Shown: positions 1-7,005 of the stretch, in pieces
Layout of the letters: each line of letters begins with the position of its first letter
How positions within the stretch are numbered: position 1 is the first letter of the stretch
Virus record (IMG/VR): IMGVR_UViG_2703718672_000013
Reading direction: 5' to 3' (one strand)
From: a virus
Taxonomy: Duplodnaviria > Heunggongvirae > Uroviricota > Caudoviricetes
Length of the DNA: 12,078 nt
Translations under genes and position numbers: made by a program
Notes under the pieces: model-generated
Databases searched by the model: none
Told to the model about the DNA's origin: nothing
What the model saw: only the letters and a program-made list of their open reading frames with translations

Positions 1-2405
1 GCATCGTGCAGGGCGTTATGGCGTTCACCTTCGAATGGAATAGTCGTTCTTGCGTCGAAATCCATCACCAGTCCCAGAGCAACCATCGTTCTTACATCGC
101 GATCATTGGTGTAACGCCACGGGCAGGGGATCCCCTGCCGTTCATATGAACGGCGTAAAATCACGTTGTCGAAAGTTGCACCGTTACCCCAGACCTGAAC
201 AAAAAATTCACCGGAGTTTTCGTCGATAAATTCCCGGAATTGCAGCAGTGCATCATCCAACGTGATTTCATCGGTCAGAATGGAGGATTGTGCTTCGCGT
301 GACTGTTTCAGCCACCACTTAATGGTGTCCCGATCGATGACCCCACCTGCGGTTTCCAGATCGATAGTTTTGCTGAATTCTGGCCCCATCTCTCCGGTTG
401 CCGGATCAAAAAACTTACCGGCTATAGAGTTTATTGGCGCATCAGGATTTTTTCCCATTGTTTCAAGGTCAATCATCAGATGGTGCCACAACCTGCTGGT
501 GGATGAGATTTCATGATGACCGTTCACTTTAATTAAGGGATTTGCTGTTTCGCCAGTTTTATTATCGCTGGCGTGATACTGATCGCTGCCAGTGTTCTCC
601 TTGTGCAGATGTTCAGTGCCTTCCATTTCCTCCGGATCATTTTTCTGAGCTTCAGCCTGATTCTCTTCATCGAATGTTTCCAGGTAGGTTGCGTTCCCCA
701 TCACCGCACCACAGTCAGGACAGTTGCCGCCACCGGTCTGACCGCATGCGGTGCAAACTTTTTCCAGTTCCTGTTGCACTGCTGGTTCTGGTTGTTGTTC
801 TTCTGGCCCGTTTTGTTGCGTATCCGGGCTGTTTTGTTCCGCTTCTGGCTCATTTTGTTTCACGTTGGGCTGATTCTGGTCCTCAGCGTCGCGACTCTGG
901 ATCCCTTTCACCCATTTCGGATCATTCGGGTCGCTAATCCCTTCAACAAATTCACCACGTGATGCAGCAAGCAATTTATCGGCGTCAGGCTGGCTGATAT
1001 TGGCTGCCTGCATAATTTTGTTTACTTCGTCAGCGGTAACTTTTACCGGCTCTGATTGTTCGGAATCTTCAGCGGTATCCACATTTTGCGGTAAGCCCGT
1101 GTATGTGCCATTTTTTCGGGCAAAATATTCTTCTTTTGAGATTTCGGTACCGCCGGCAGCCAGCGCCTTGTCCAGACCAGAAAGTTTGTTTGCCCTGCCG
1201 TATTTTTCCCCGCCCTTATCGGTAAAGACGAAATAAAATGGTCCTTCACGCTCTACAGATGGTTCAGCTTCCACCAGGATTTCATTTTTTTGAGTATCGG
1301 ATTCTGCCGTCTCCACTGGAGCAGTTTGTGCTGCTGACGGCTGGAGAGCATCAGTAGAGCTCTGGTCTGTTTCTTCATGTTCAAACACGCCCTTTGTCGT
1401 CAGGTATTCACTGATATATTTGTTCAGTGCAACGGGATCTTTGTGAATATCGATCGGACGTTCGCGAACAAGGCCAAAAATAGTCTGACGGTCATAGCCA
1501 AGTGCTTCGGGCTGTTTGCGCATTGATGCTGAGATACGCTTCCAGTCTTCGCGATCCTTGTCGATAACCTCATTTGTCGCCCAGCGATGGATGGTACCGT
1601 CAATGTTTCCTGCATCCACATCACCGGGCCAGAGGGCGCAGGCCAGTTCATTGTCGAGTGTTTTCCATGTCTGTTTGTATTCGCGGCGAATGGCAACAGT
1701 GACAGCCCCGGTTTTTTCAGCAGCGTTTTCAGTGTTCTGTTGGTTGACTCTGGCGCGGGTGAGATCAACAACAGACGTGTATTTTCCGGTTTCCTTGCGT
1801 TCACCTTCGCGACGTTTTTTCCAGATGCGCATCTCTGCCTGAATTTCAGGCCATTTAGCGCCAGGCTCACATTTATGCTTAACCCACCCGATGGCATGCA
1901 GTTTAAGTTCAGGATACATGGCGTTAACTTCTGGCATTTTCATCAACGCTTCAACGATATGTCCGCCGAATGTTGCCATGTCTTCCTGTAGTAATTCCTG
2001 TGCGCTAATCACCATATCAACGGTGATGTTTTCGCATGTGTCGAATTTAACCAGGACTGCGTTCTGTACTTCAGGGGACAGCTTGTCAAAATTGACGTTC
2101 ATCGGATCGGATTCTGGTTCGACCGGTACAAAGGAAGCTGACTCCTCATCCCAGCGGTTTTCCTGCATATATTCGGTATCCCAGGAATCGAGGGCAGGGC
2201 GGGGTATGCCGGGTTTATCCTCGCAGACAATAAATTTATAAGCGCAGTCCTGAGCTGCCGGGAATTGCTCCAGAAATTGCCAGTGAAATTTTGCGCGTGC
2301 GCGACGCTCATCACCGGCTTCAATGGCAGTGGCCACCGCAACAGCGCTATCTTCTTTTATGGCCTGTTCGTCAGGAATAGCAGCGCAAATAAAGATTTTA
2401 CTCAT
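1..2405 (-). CDS. RecE-like exonuclease, partial (C-terminus beyond window start); RecE-like N-terminal/middle region with C-x2-C...C-x2-C zinc ribbon, followed by a DnaQ-like DEDDh 3'-5' exonuclease domain
   Basis: Own reverse-strand translation from ATG at 2405 (MSKIFICAAIPDEQ...) is open to position 1; the six-frame track omits it because there is no in-window stop. Contains KVCTACGQTGGGNCPDCGAVMG, which I recall from E. coli RecE, then MIDLETMG (Exo I D-x-E), FDNVIL (Exo II) and HNALHDA (Exo III H-x4-D). GAGG Shine-Dalgarno about 10 nt upstream. Confidence 0.72.
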   Translation of the reverse strand, partial: MSKIFICAAIPDEQAIKEDSAVAVATAIEAGDERRARAKFHWQFLEQFPAAQDCAYKFIVCEDKPGIPRPALDSWDTEYMQENRWDEESASFVPVEPESDPMNVNFDKLSPEVQNAVLVKFDTCENITVDMVISAQELLQEDMATFGGHIVEALMKMPEVNAMYPELKLHAIGWVKHKCEPGAKWPEIQAEMRIWKKRREGERKETGKYTSVVDLTRARVNQQNTENAAEKTGAVTVAIRREYKQTWKTLDNELACALWPGDVDAGNIDGTIHRWATNEVIDKDREDWKRISASMRKQPEALGYDRQTIFGLVRERPIDIHKDPVALNKYISEYLTTKGVFEHEETDQSSTDALQPSAAQTAPVETAESDTQKNEILVEAEPSVEREGPFYFVFTDKGGEKYGRANKLSGLDKALAAGGTEISKEEYFARKNGTYTGLPQNVDTAEDSEQSEPVKVTADEVNKIMQAANISQPDADKLLAASRGEFVEGISDPNDPKWVKGIQSRDAEDQNQPNVKQNEPEAEQNSPDTQQNGPEEQQPEPAVQQELEKVCTACGQTGGGNCPDCGAVMGNATYLETFDEENQAEAQKNDPEEMEGTEHLHKENTGSDQYHASDNKTGETANPLIKVNGHHEISSTSRLWHHLMIDLETMGKNPDAPINSIAGKFFDPATGEMGPEFSKTIDLETAGGVIDRDTIKWWLKQSREAQSSILTDEITLDDALLQFREFIDENSGEFFVQVWGNGATFDNVILRRSYERQGIPCPWRYTNDRDVRTMVALGLVMDFDARTTIPFEGERHNALHD

Positions 2406-2498
2406 TGTGTTTTAACCTCATTACAGATTTAAGGGTGAACAAATCCCTGCCATTGCTGGCATATAAAAATGAAACCGGATATTAATTACGGTGCTGTT

Positions 2499-2690
2499 TT
2501 AAAGTCCTGCCGGTATTTCGTTATTATTAGTGTGAGTAGTTTTATCTACCGGATAACAGTTACCGGGAATTTTTTGTTCTGCTGCTGCAGCCATGCATTC
2601 TTTCATTGAACCGTATAAGCCAGTCACCAGCTCAAGAGATTCGCCGGAAACAAGATAAACTGTCAGAACGAGTGCAAATGTTGTATTCAT
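2499..2690 (-). CDS. YdfD-like small protein (63 aa) with hydrophobic N-terminal segment; Qin-prophage YdfD family, reported lysis-inducing
   Basis: ATG at 2690 overlaps the upstream TGA (ATGA coupling); AAGGA Shine-Dalgarno; N-terminus MNTTFALVLTVYLVSGESL is signal/TM-like; sits directly after the DicB-like gene as ydfD does in Qin. Confidence 0.6.
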   Translation of the reverse strand: MNTTFALVLTVYLVSGESLELVTGLYGSMKECMAAAAEQKIPGNCYPVDKTTHTNNNEIPAGL

Positions 2691-2875
2691 TGTTTATATC
2701 CTTTTTGCAGCAGGTCCAGACGAGCCAGCATTGAAGGAATGCATACTTCATTTAACAGGTCCTGCTCGAGTTTTCTCTGCTTAATGGCGTCTTCAATAAA
2801 TGTTTTGTCTCCAGTGATAACGCCAATTTCGAAACGAAGTTCAGACGTGCTGGCATTACATGATAACTTTTCCAT
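2687..2875 (-). CDS. dicB: DicB-like cell division inhibitor (62 aa)
   Basis: Internal ATG at 2875 with GAGGA 7 nt upstream (the track ORF begins at an upstream TTG). Product MEKLSCNASTSELRFEIGVITGDKTFIEDAIKQRKLEQDLLNEVCIPSMLARLDLLQKGYKQ matches remembered E. coli DicB (62 aa; EIGV, EDAI-KRK, SMLARL motifs). About 180 nt downstream of the DicF-like element. Confidence 0.75.
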   Translation of the reverse strand: MEKLSCNASTSELRFEIGVITGDKTFIEDAIKQRKLEQDLLNEVCIPSMLARLDLLQKGYKQ

Positions 2876-3054
2876 TATCGCGTCCTCAACAATGAATTTT
2901 GTGATGCGGTGCCTGGTGCCTCCAGGTGACGTTAACCAGTTAACAATTAACGCCGGATACAGAGCATTCTCGTTACTCAGCAAATGACCGCTTTACCGAT
3001 TTAACTGTTCCGCGTGCGCTGAGCCGCATTCACCGCATCACAAAATTCACTTTT

Positions 3055-3113
3055 AAAAAAGGGCGGCAGAGCAGTTACGGAGTAAAACTGATACCGCCAA
3101 ATGTCACCAGAAT
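3055..3113 (-). ncRNA. dicF: DicF-like small RNA (ftsZ-targeting sRNA family of Qin/Rac-type prophages)
   Basis: Minus-strand sequence ATTCTGGTGACATTTGGCGGTATCAGTTTTACTCCGTAACTGCTCTGCCGCCCTTTTTT is near-identical to my recollection of E. coli DicF, ending in a U-run; located immediately upstream of the DicB-like gene in the same orientation. Confidence 0.7.
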
Positions 3114-3448
3114 ATTGATAACAGAGGGCGTTGCAGCGGGGTTGTCACTTAAGCGTATGGTCAACCTGACAACCCGGTGTCCTCAACGGGGAAAGAATAA
3201 CCCCGCCATACTTACCGCCGCGCCATTTCGCGGATTGCCACAACCGGAAGCGCACGGTCGAATTAAATTTAACGACGGCTCTAAGGGAGAAGGACTTCGC
3301 CGTGCACTTTCGTGTTATGCCCTGACTTTTCAGGGATATATCCTTTCAGTAAACTGTCAGTGCCGGATTCTTATCTGTGTCCGGCGCACGACCACACGTA
3401 GCAGCGTGTTGGTCTCCATTTTTAATTCAGCCCTTAATGGAGGATAAA

Positions 3449-3634
3449 ATGCCAAACAAACCATGCCCTGCCTGTAACGCTCTTTCTGGCTTTTTAGAGA
3501 AGGGCGGTTATTACATTTTTAACTGTCCAGAACATGTTGAATTTCATATATCAAAACTTGACAGTATCATTACAAAGCCAAATCAGTATCAGTCTGATTT
3601 ACTGAATAAAGAGTTAAACGCCGCCCGAGATTAA
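3449..3634 (+). CDS. Small hypothetical protein (61 aa) with zinc-ribbon-like cysteines (C-P-A-C ... N-C-P-E-H), encoded antisense to the leftward operon
   Basis: ATG at 3449 preceded by GGAGGA (3439-3444) at 5-nt spacing; the track ORF 3377..3634 contains this start internally. No homolog recognised. Confidence 0.35.
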   Translation: MPNKPCPACNALSGFLEKGGYYIFNCPEHVEFHISKLDSIITKPNQYQSDLLNKELNAARD

Positions 3635-3671
3635 GGGCGTAGTGGCCCATTAAAAATATTGCAAAGACCAA

Positions 3672-4210
3672 CTATTGTTGAACTGGATTAAACCAGTAAT
3701 TCTCTATTGCTCTTATTGTTACCATCGGATGATTGCCGGGGGTTATTTTAAGTTCGGGAGGAAAAGGCTCTCCATCAGCAGCCATCATTGAGTATGTGAA
3801 ATCCGCCGACGCAGTCCCTTTCATGATAATTCCGAATTTTTCAAGTAATGAGAGCAGTTCCGGTAATCCTGTGTCATCTGAATAACTTTCCTCATAGAAA
3901 GAAGCGATTGCCGCAGGAGATGACAGTTCTCGCTCTGCAATTTTTTTGTAGTTTTCCAGAATTCTTTTTTTGAATACTTTTCCTCGACATGAAAACCCAT
4001 CACCGAGGCAATCCGCTTTGCAGTTTCTTCAGTATTCTGGTTGTTTGTTACCGAAACAGAGTACAATCCGGTAAACGCATCGCGCACATTACGAGCCATA
4101 TTATCAATGTATTTCTTCGTTGCAGATTCTAATTCAACTTCGTTCAGACGTTGGTGAAGTGCATGTGCTGCAATTTCCTGGATTTCTTTTAGTAAATCTT
4201 TAAATTCCAT
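3672..4210 (-). pseudogene. Hypothetical leftward-operon gene disrupted by a frameshift in an A7 homopolymer (T-run 3965-3971 on plus strand); N-terminal about 80 codons in one frame, about 95 further codons in the -1 frame
   Basis: Track ORF 3821..4210 turns low-complexity after ...MGFHVEEKYS; the -1 frame from the A-run gives a protein-like continuation (KKRILENYKKIAERELSSPAAIASFYEESYSDDTGLPELLSLLEKFGII...NYWFNPVQQ) to a TAG at 3672. ATG at 4210 follows the upstream gene stop by 12 nt. Confidence 0.5.
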
Positions 4211-4221
4211 CTTTAACTCCG

Positions 4222-4350
4222 TTAGTCGTTAGATTTTGCCGAACTGGAAAGCGCCTGTTTAAACTCACTGAAGCTGAGAGCTTCCTCGCCTTCGGCAAGG
4301 CCTTCGAAGTATTCTTCGTAAGCCTTTTCCATGATTGTGTCGAAATCCAT
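4222..4350 (-). CDS. YdfB/YdaG-like small protein (42 aa)
   Basis: Own translation: MDFDTIMEKAYEEYFEGLAEGEEALSFSEFKQALSSSAKSND; ATG at 4350 follows the upstream TGA by one base; size and position match ydfB (Qin) / ydaG (Rac). Below the track's length cutoff. Confidence 0.6.
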   Translation of the reverse strand: MDFDTIMEKAYEEYFEGLAEGEEALSFSEFKQALSSSAKSND

Positions 4351-4351
4351 A

Positions 4352-4507
4352 TCACTCACCTGAGTTTCTTTCCAGCCAGCGACGGGCACCATTTTCGGTT
4401 TTAAACGTTTTGCTTTTGGTATACGTCATCGCGGTGAATGTACCGTCCTGGTTGGGAAACACGCCGTACACCAGAGATTCGTTGTTGCCAAGATCGATAG
4501 TATCCAT
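4352..4507 (-). CDS. YdfA/YdaF-like DUF1391 protein (51 aa)
   Basis: ATG at 4507 with GAGG 6 nt upstream; MDTIDLGNNESLVYGVFPNQDGTFTAMTYTKSKTFKTENGARRWLERNSGE resembles the 51-aa YdfA/YdaF family; first gene downstream of the OL-like site. The track ORF begins at an upstream alternative start. Confidence 0.65.
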   Translation of the reverse strand: MDTIDLGNNESLVYGVFPNQDGTFTAMTYTKSKTFKTENGARRWLERNSGE

Positions 4508-4693
4508 GTTGACCTCATTTCCCCTTAACGCCGGGTAGCGGAACAAAAACCTGCTGCATAGTTATTAAAGTTGAACCCTGCCGTCATGTTCATACGCCTC
4601 GGGCTGGCTACTTACCCCCTGACCACTGCTTGGTAACTCGAAGTATTGCCCGGCGTTCTGTGGGGCGGGGTGGGTGGTTGGTGTATGTAATCT

Positions 4694-4733
4694 ACAATTA
4701 AAAACTGTTTTTGTGTCAACAGTTTTTAATTGT
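4694..4733. promoter_or_regulatory. OL-like operator: perfect 16-bp inverted repeat (ACAATTAAAAACTGTT / AACAGTTTTTAATTGT) with 8-bp spacer; a consensus TTGACA on the minus strand lies in the spacer
   Basis: Palindrome read directly in the sequence; shares the AAAAACTGT...ACAGTTTTT core with the palindrome at 5730-5766; lies between the repressor-TA operon terminator and the leftward operon. Confidence 0.6.
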
Positions 4734-4741
4734 TGTTTTGG

Positions 4742-4768
4742 GCAAAAAAATCCCTCGAAAGAGGGAGT
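4742..4768 (-). terminator. Intrinsic terminator downstream of the ParE-like toxin gene
   Basis: Minus strand reads a 6-bp stem TCCCTC / GAGGGA with 4-nt loop followed by a 7-U run (plus-strand A-run 4744-4750), 17 nt after the toxin stop. Confidence 0.6.
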
Positions 4769-4784
4769 ATGAAAATTGTTCAAC

Positions 4785-5072
4785 TCAGATAGAGAAGGGA
4801 AATTGTCGCCGAGAATGTGTCACGCTTACAATCTCAATGCTTGAAGCAGCTACTCTGTACAGGATTATGTAGTTAGGGTGGGTCACGATCTCTCTCAATC
4901 CAGAAACCCGTTCGCTTGGTGGATATAAGTACGGATGCTCAGATAGAGGTAATACCGATGTTTCAATGCGTATTTTTAGTCTACGTGCTGCCGGTGGGTT
5001 CTCCTTGGCGATGTAAGTTATGATCTGGCGCAAATCATCGCGAGCAGACGGTAGCCATAAAATGGGTAACAT
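4785..5072 (-). CDS. parE: ParE/RelE-superfamily type II toxin (95 aa)
   Basis: ParE-like pattern W..SA..DL..I..YIA..NP.AA......E....L...P..G........LRE......YI.LYRV....IEIV.V.H.RR; start overlaps the upstream stop (TAATG). Confidence 0.78.
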   Translation of the reverse strand: MLPILWLPSARDDLRQIITYIAKENPPAARRLKIRIETSVLPLSEHPYLYPPSERVSGLREIVTHPNYIILYRVAASSIEIVSVTHSRRQFPFSI

Positions 5073-5263
5073 TACTCGCTCTTGTTAGTTACAGCAATTT
5101 GAGCAATAAGATTTTCCATTTCAGCCATTACCTCGTCATGTGGAATTGCGGGGCGAGTGTCTGCAAGGCTTGACGTTACTTTAGTGCGCAACCATTCGTT
5201 GTAACTGTTTTCTTGTTCGGTAGTTTCGAATTCTGAAACTATCGGAGAAAGGGCTGTACCCAT
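5072..5263 (-). CDS. Small antitoxin (63 aa), PaaA-like partner of the ParE-family toxin
   Basis: GAGGAG Shine-Dalgarno 7 nt upstream of ATG at 5263; 1-nt stop/start overlap with the toxin; 63 aa, acidic; resembles my recollection of PaaA2 from E. coli O157 three-component paaR-paaA-parE systems. Confidence 0.68.
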   Translation of the reverse strand: MGTALSPIVSEFETTEQENSYNEWLRTKVTSSLADTRPAIPHDEVMAEMENLIAQIAVTNKSE

Positions 5264-5290
5264 GGCATAACTCCTCTTCTTGTACTGTGG

Positions 5291-5692
5291 TCACGCCCGG
5301 CGGCTTTTTTGTGCCGCCAGCCACCTAGCAATGGTTTCTTCCATTGATTTTTTCTTGTCTTTGATTTCTTGAAGCATTTTTTCTTGGTCTTCCTCAGGAA
5401 ACGCACTAAAAGCTTGGAGCAGTTCGCGTTGGCGAGGACCAATTTTCATCGTGTCAGGGGTGAAAATTTGCTCACACTCTTCAGGAGGCAATAAAAACCA
5501 ATGCAATGGATGCCCTGAAACCTCAACCAGTTTATCCAAACTTGAGGCTTTAGGTGTAGCCTTACCGCTGACCCATTGTTGAACAGTTTGTTGTGTCACA
5601 CCAATTCTACGGGCAAGCTCAGCCTGGCTCCATCCAGTTTCCTGAAGAAGCTTGCTGATTCTGTACATAGATACTTCTAGGGCGCTCATCAT
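5291..5692 (-). CDS. cI/RacR-like prophage repressor, HTH (XRE family); probably also the transcriptional regulator (PaaR-like) of the downstream toxin-antitoxin pair
   Basis: HTH segment LLQETGWSQAELARRIGVTQQTVQQWVSG; divergent from the Cro-like gene across a palindromic operator; ends 27 nt before the antitoxin. Start uncertain (5692, 5689 or 5668). Confidence 0.8.
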   Translation of the reverse strand: MMSALEVSMYRISKLLQETGWSQAELARRIGVTQQTVQQWVSGKATPKASSLDKLVEVSGHPLHWFLLPPEECEQIFTPDTMKIGPRQRELLQAFSAFPEEDQEKMLQEIKDKKKSMEETIARWLAAQKSRRA

Positions 5693-5729
5693 TATTCAAT
5701 TTTACAGGTAAATACTGTTAAAAGCATCA

Positions 5730-5766
5730 CAATAAAAAACTGTTGATTGCATACAGTTTTTTATTG
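5730..5766. promoter_or_regulatory. OR-like operator: perfect 14-bp inverted repeat (CAATAAAAAACTGT / ACAGTTTTTTATTG) with 9-bp spacer, in the divergent repressor/cro intergenic region; candidate -10 TATAGT at 5778-5783 for the rightward promoter
   Basis: Palindrome read directly in the sequence; same half-site core as the 4694-4733 site; a further ACTGTT copy at 5714-5719. Confidence 0.6.
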
Positions 5767-5800
5767 TAGGCTTTGCTTATAGTTTTTAGAGGAGGGCAAA

Positions 5801-6073
5801 ATGCTAGATAGCACTCGCGAAAAAATTAGGCAGAAATACACTCAGGCTGAAATAGGTCGTTATATGGGGGTCGCTCAACAGACTGTTTGGCAATGGTTTA
5901 GCTTTGGCGTTCCCCCAAAGCAGGTAATTCCGTTATGCCAACTAATGAAGTGGGAAGTTACCCCGCATGAAATCCGCCCAGATATTTATCCTAACCCAAC
6001 CGACGGTTTACCTGTTGGATGTAAGGTTAACACATCAAATGCGCCGGAGTTGATTCATGAAAATCAAGCATGA
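5801..6073 (+). CDS. Cro-like / YdaS-family HTH regulator (90 aa)
   Basis: Strong GAGGAGG Shine-Dalgarno (5789-5795); HTH TQAEIGRYMGVAQQTVWQW; divergent from the repressor; position equivalent to cro/ydaS. Confidence 0.75.
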   Translation: MLDSTREKIRQKYTQAEIGRYMGVAQQTVWQWFSFGVPPKQVIPLCQLMKWEVTPHEIRPDIYPNPTDGLPVGCKVNTSNAPELIHENQA

Positions 6074-6482
6074 ACACATCCGCATGGCGATGAATGCCTG
6101 GGCGCATCCGGACGGCGAAAAAGTACCGGCTGCGAAAATTACCAAAGCGTATTTCGAGCTGGGAATGACGTTCCCGGAACTGTATGACGACAGCCATCCG
6201 GAAGCCATGGCTCGCAATACTCAGAAAATTTTCCGCTGGGTGGAGAAAGACACTCCTGATGCGGTTAAAAAAATTCAGGCGTTGTTACCAGCGATCGAAA
6301 AAGCGATGCCGCCTCCGCTGGTGGCCCGAATGCGCAGCCACAGTTCCGCTTATTTTCGGGAGTTGGTAGAGACGAAGGAACGGCTGGTGAAAGATATTGA
6401 TGATTTCGTTGCATCAGCGATCGTTCTGTTCGATCAGATGAATCGTGGTGGCCCGGCAGGAAACACTCTGGCTGTGCATTAA
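6057..6482 (+). CDS. YdaT-family protein (141 aa; cII-position protein of Rac-like prophages)
   Basis: N-terminus MKIKHEHI is the remembered YdaT start; 17-nt overlap with the Cro-like gene; comparable size. Confidence 0.72.
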   Translation: MKIKHEHIRMAMNAWAHPDGEKVPAAKITKAYFELGMTFPELYDDSHPEAMARNTQKIFRWVEKDTPDAVKKIQALLPAIEKAMPPPLVARMRSHSSAYFRELVETKERLVKDIDDFVASAIVLFDQMNRGGPAGNTLAVH

Positions 6483-6495
6483 TTGGGTAATAAAT

Positions 6496-7005
6496 ATGAG
6501 TAATGACAAAAAATTGACACTGAGCGTTTACGAAAACAGTCCGCACATCTGGCGTGGCGGTTTATCTGATGTGGAGCTGGCAGAGTGGTTGATACATAAA
6601 GCTAATGCGCTGCTCTGGCGTTTGTCAGCCAGAGAACAGCGCAAGGAAACCAGAATAAAGCTGGCTGATGCAGAAGCGTGTGCCGGGCTTATTGAGGATT
6701 ATACAAATCTTGGTATTTCTTCAGCAGAGAGTGATCCCATTCAGCCTCTGAGCAGGGAGTCAATCCAGCACGCTGGTTGTATGGCACATCTTGTAACTGC
6801 TCGTCAACATGAGGTGGGTATTGGATCACTTCCGGCGGGATATTCGCTGATTCCAGAGCTGGTTGAAGCAAGAAAATCAGTTCAGAAAAAGAGAGATGAC
6901 GCACTTCAATTATTGAGAGAGCACTATGGCGCGATACCAGAATGCGAACAGCGTCGATACCCTGAAGGTTATGAATGGATGCAGTCTCTTTTTGAAGTTC
7001 GCTAA
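6496..7005 (+). CDS. Hypothetical protein (169 aa from ATG 6496; alternative GTG start at 6445)
   Basis: Same orientation as flanking early genes; protein-like composition; no family recognised; weak Shine-Dalgarno. Confidence 0.45.
   Translation: MSNDKKLTLSVYENSPHIWRGGLSDVELAEWLIHKANALLWRLSAREQRKETRIKLADAEACAGLIEDYTNLGISSAESDPIQPLSRESIQHAGCMAHLVTARQHEVGIGSLPAGYSLIPELVEARKSVQKKRDDALQLLREHYGAIPECEQRRYPEGYEWMQSLFEVR

Noticed and set aside
542-2241. Plus-strand ORFs 542..937, 573..962, 1000..1236, 1516..1842, 1587..1991, 1891..2241 and minus-strand ORFs 1043..1249, 1424..1897, 2099..2341
   Set aside because: All lie inside the long RecE-like reading frame, on the opposite strand or in other frames; their compositions are low-complexity and typical of shadow ORFs.
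2687-2983. 98-aa extended version of the DicB-like ORF
   Set aside because: It begins at a non-ATG (TTG) codon with no Shine-Dalgarno; the internal ATG at 2875 has a good GAGGA and gives the 62-aa size expected for DicB.
3115-3447. Plus-strand 110-aa ORF
   Set aside because: TTG start, no ribosome-binding site, implausible composition; the region looks like structured non-coding DNA or RNA.
3114-3448. Possible tRNA or retron-type ncRNA in the hairpin-rich stretch
   Set aside because: No cloverleaf with a T-loop GTTCRANYC motif and CCA-proximal acceptor stem could be found by eye, and no reverse transcriptase gene is nearby; left as an unexplained structured region.
4565-4783. Minus-strand 72-aa ORF
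   Set aside because: It spans the terminator, the OL-like palindrome and the leader; composition is poor and there is no ribosome-binding site.
5239-5442. Minus-strand 67-aa ORF
   Set aside because: Out-of-frame overlap with the repressor gene; lysine-rich, low-complexity artefact.
6035-6546. Minus-strand ORFs 6035..6217 and 6265..6546, and plus ORF 6184..6369
   Set aside because: Antisense or out-of-frame to the YdaT-like gene, which has clear family identity.
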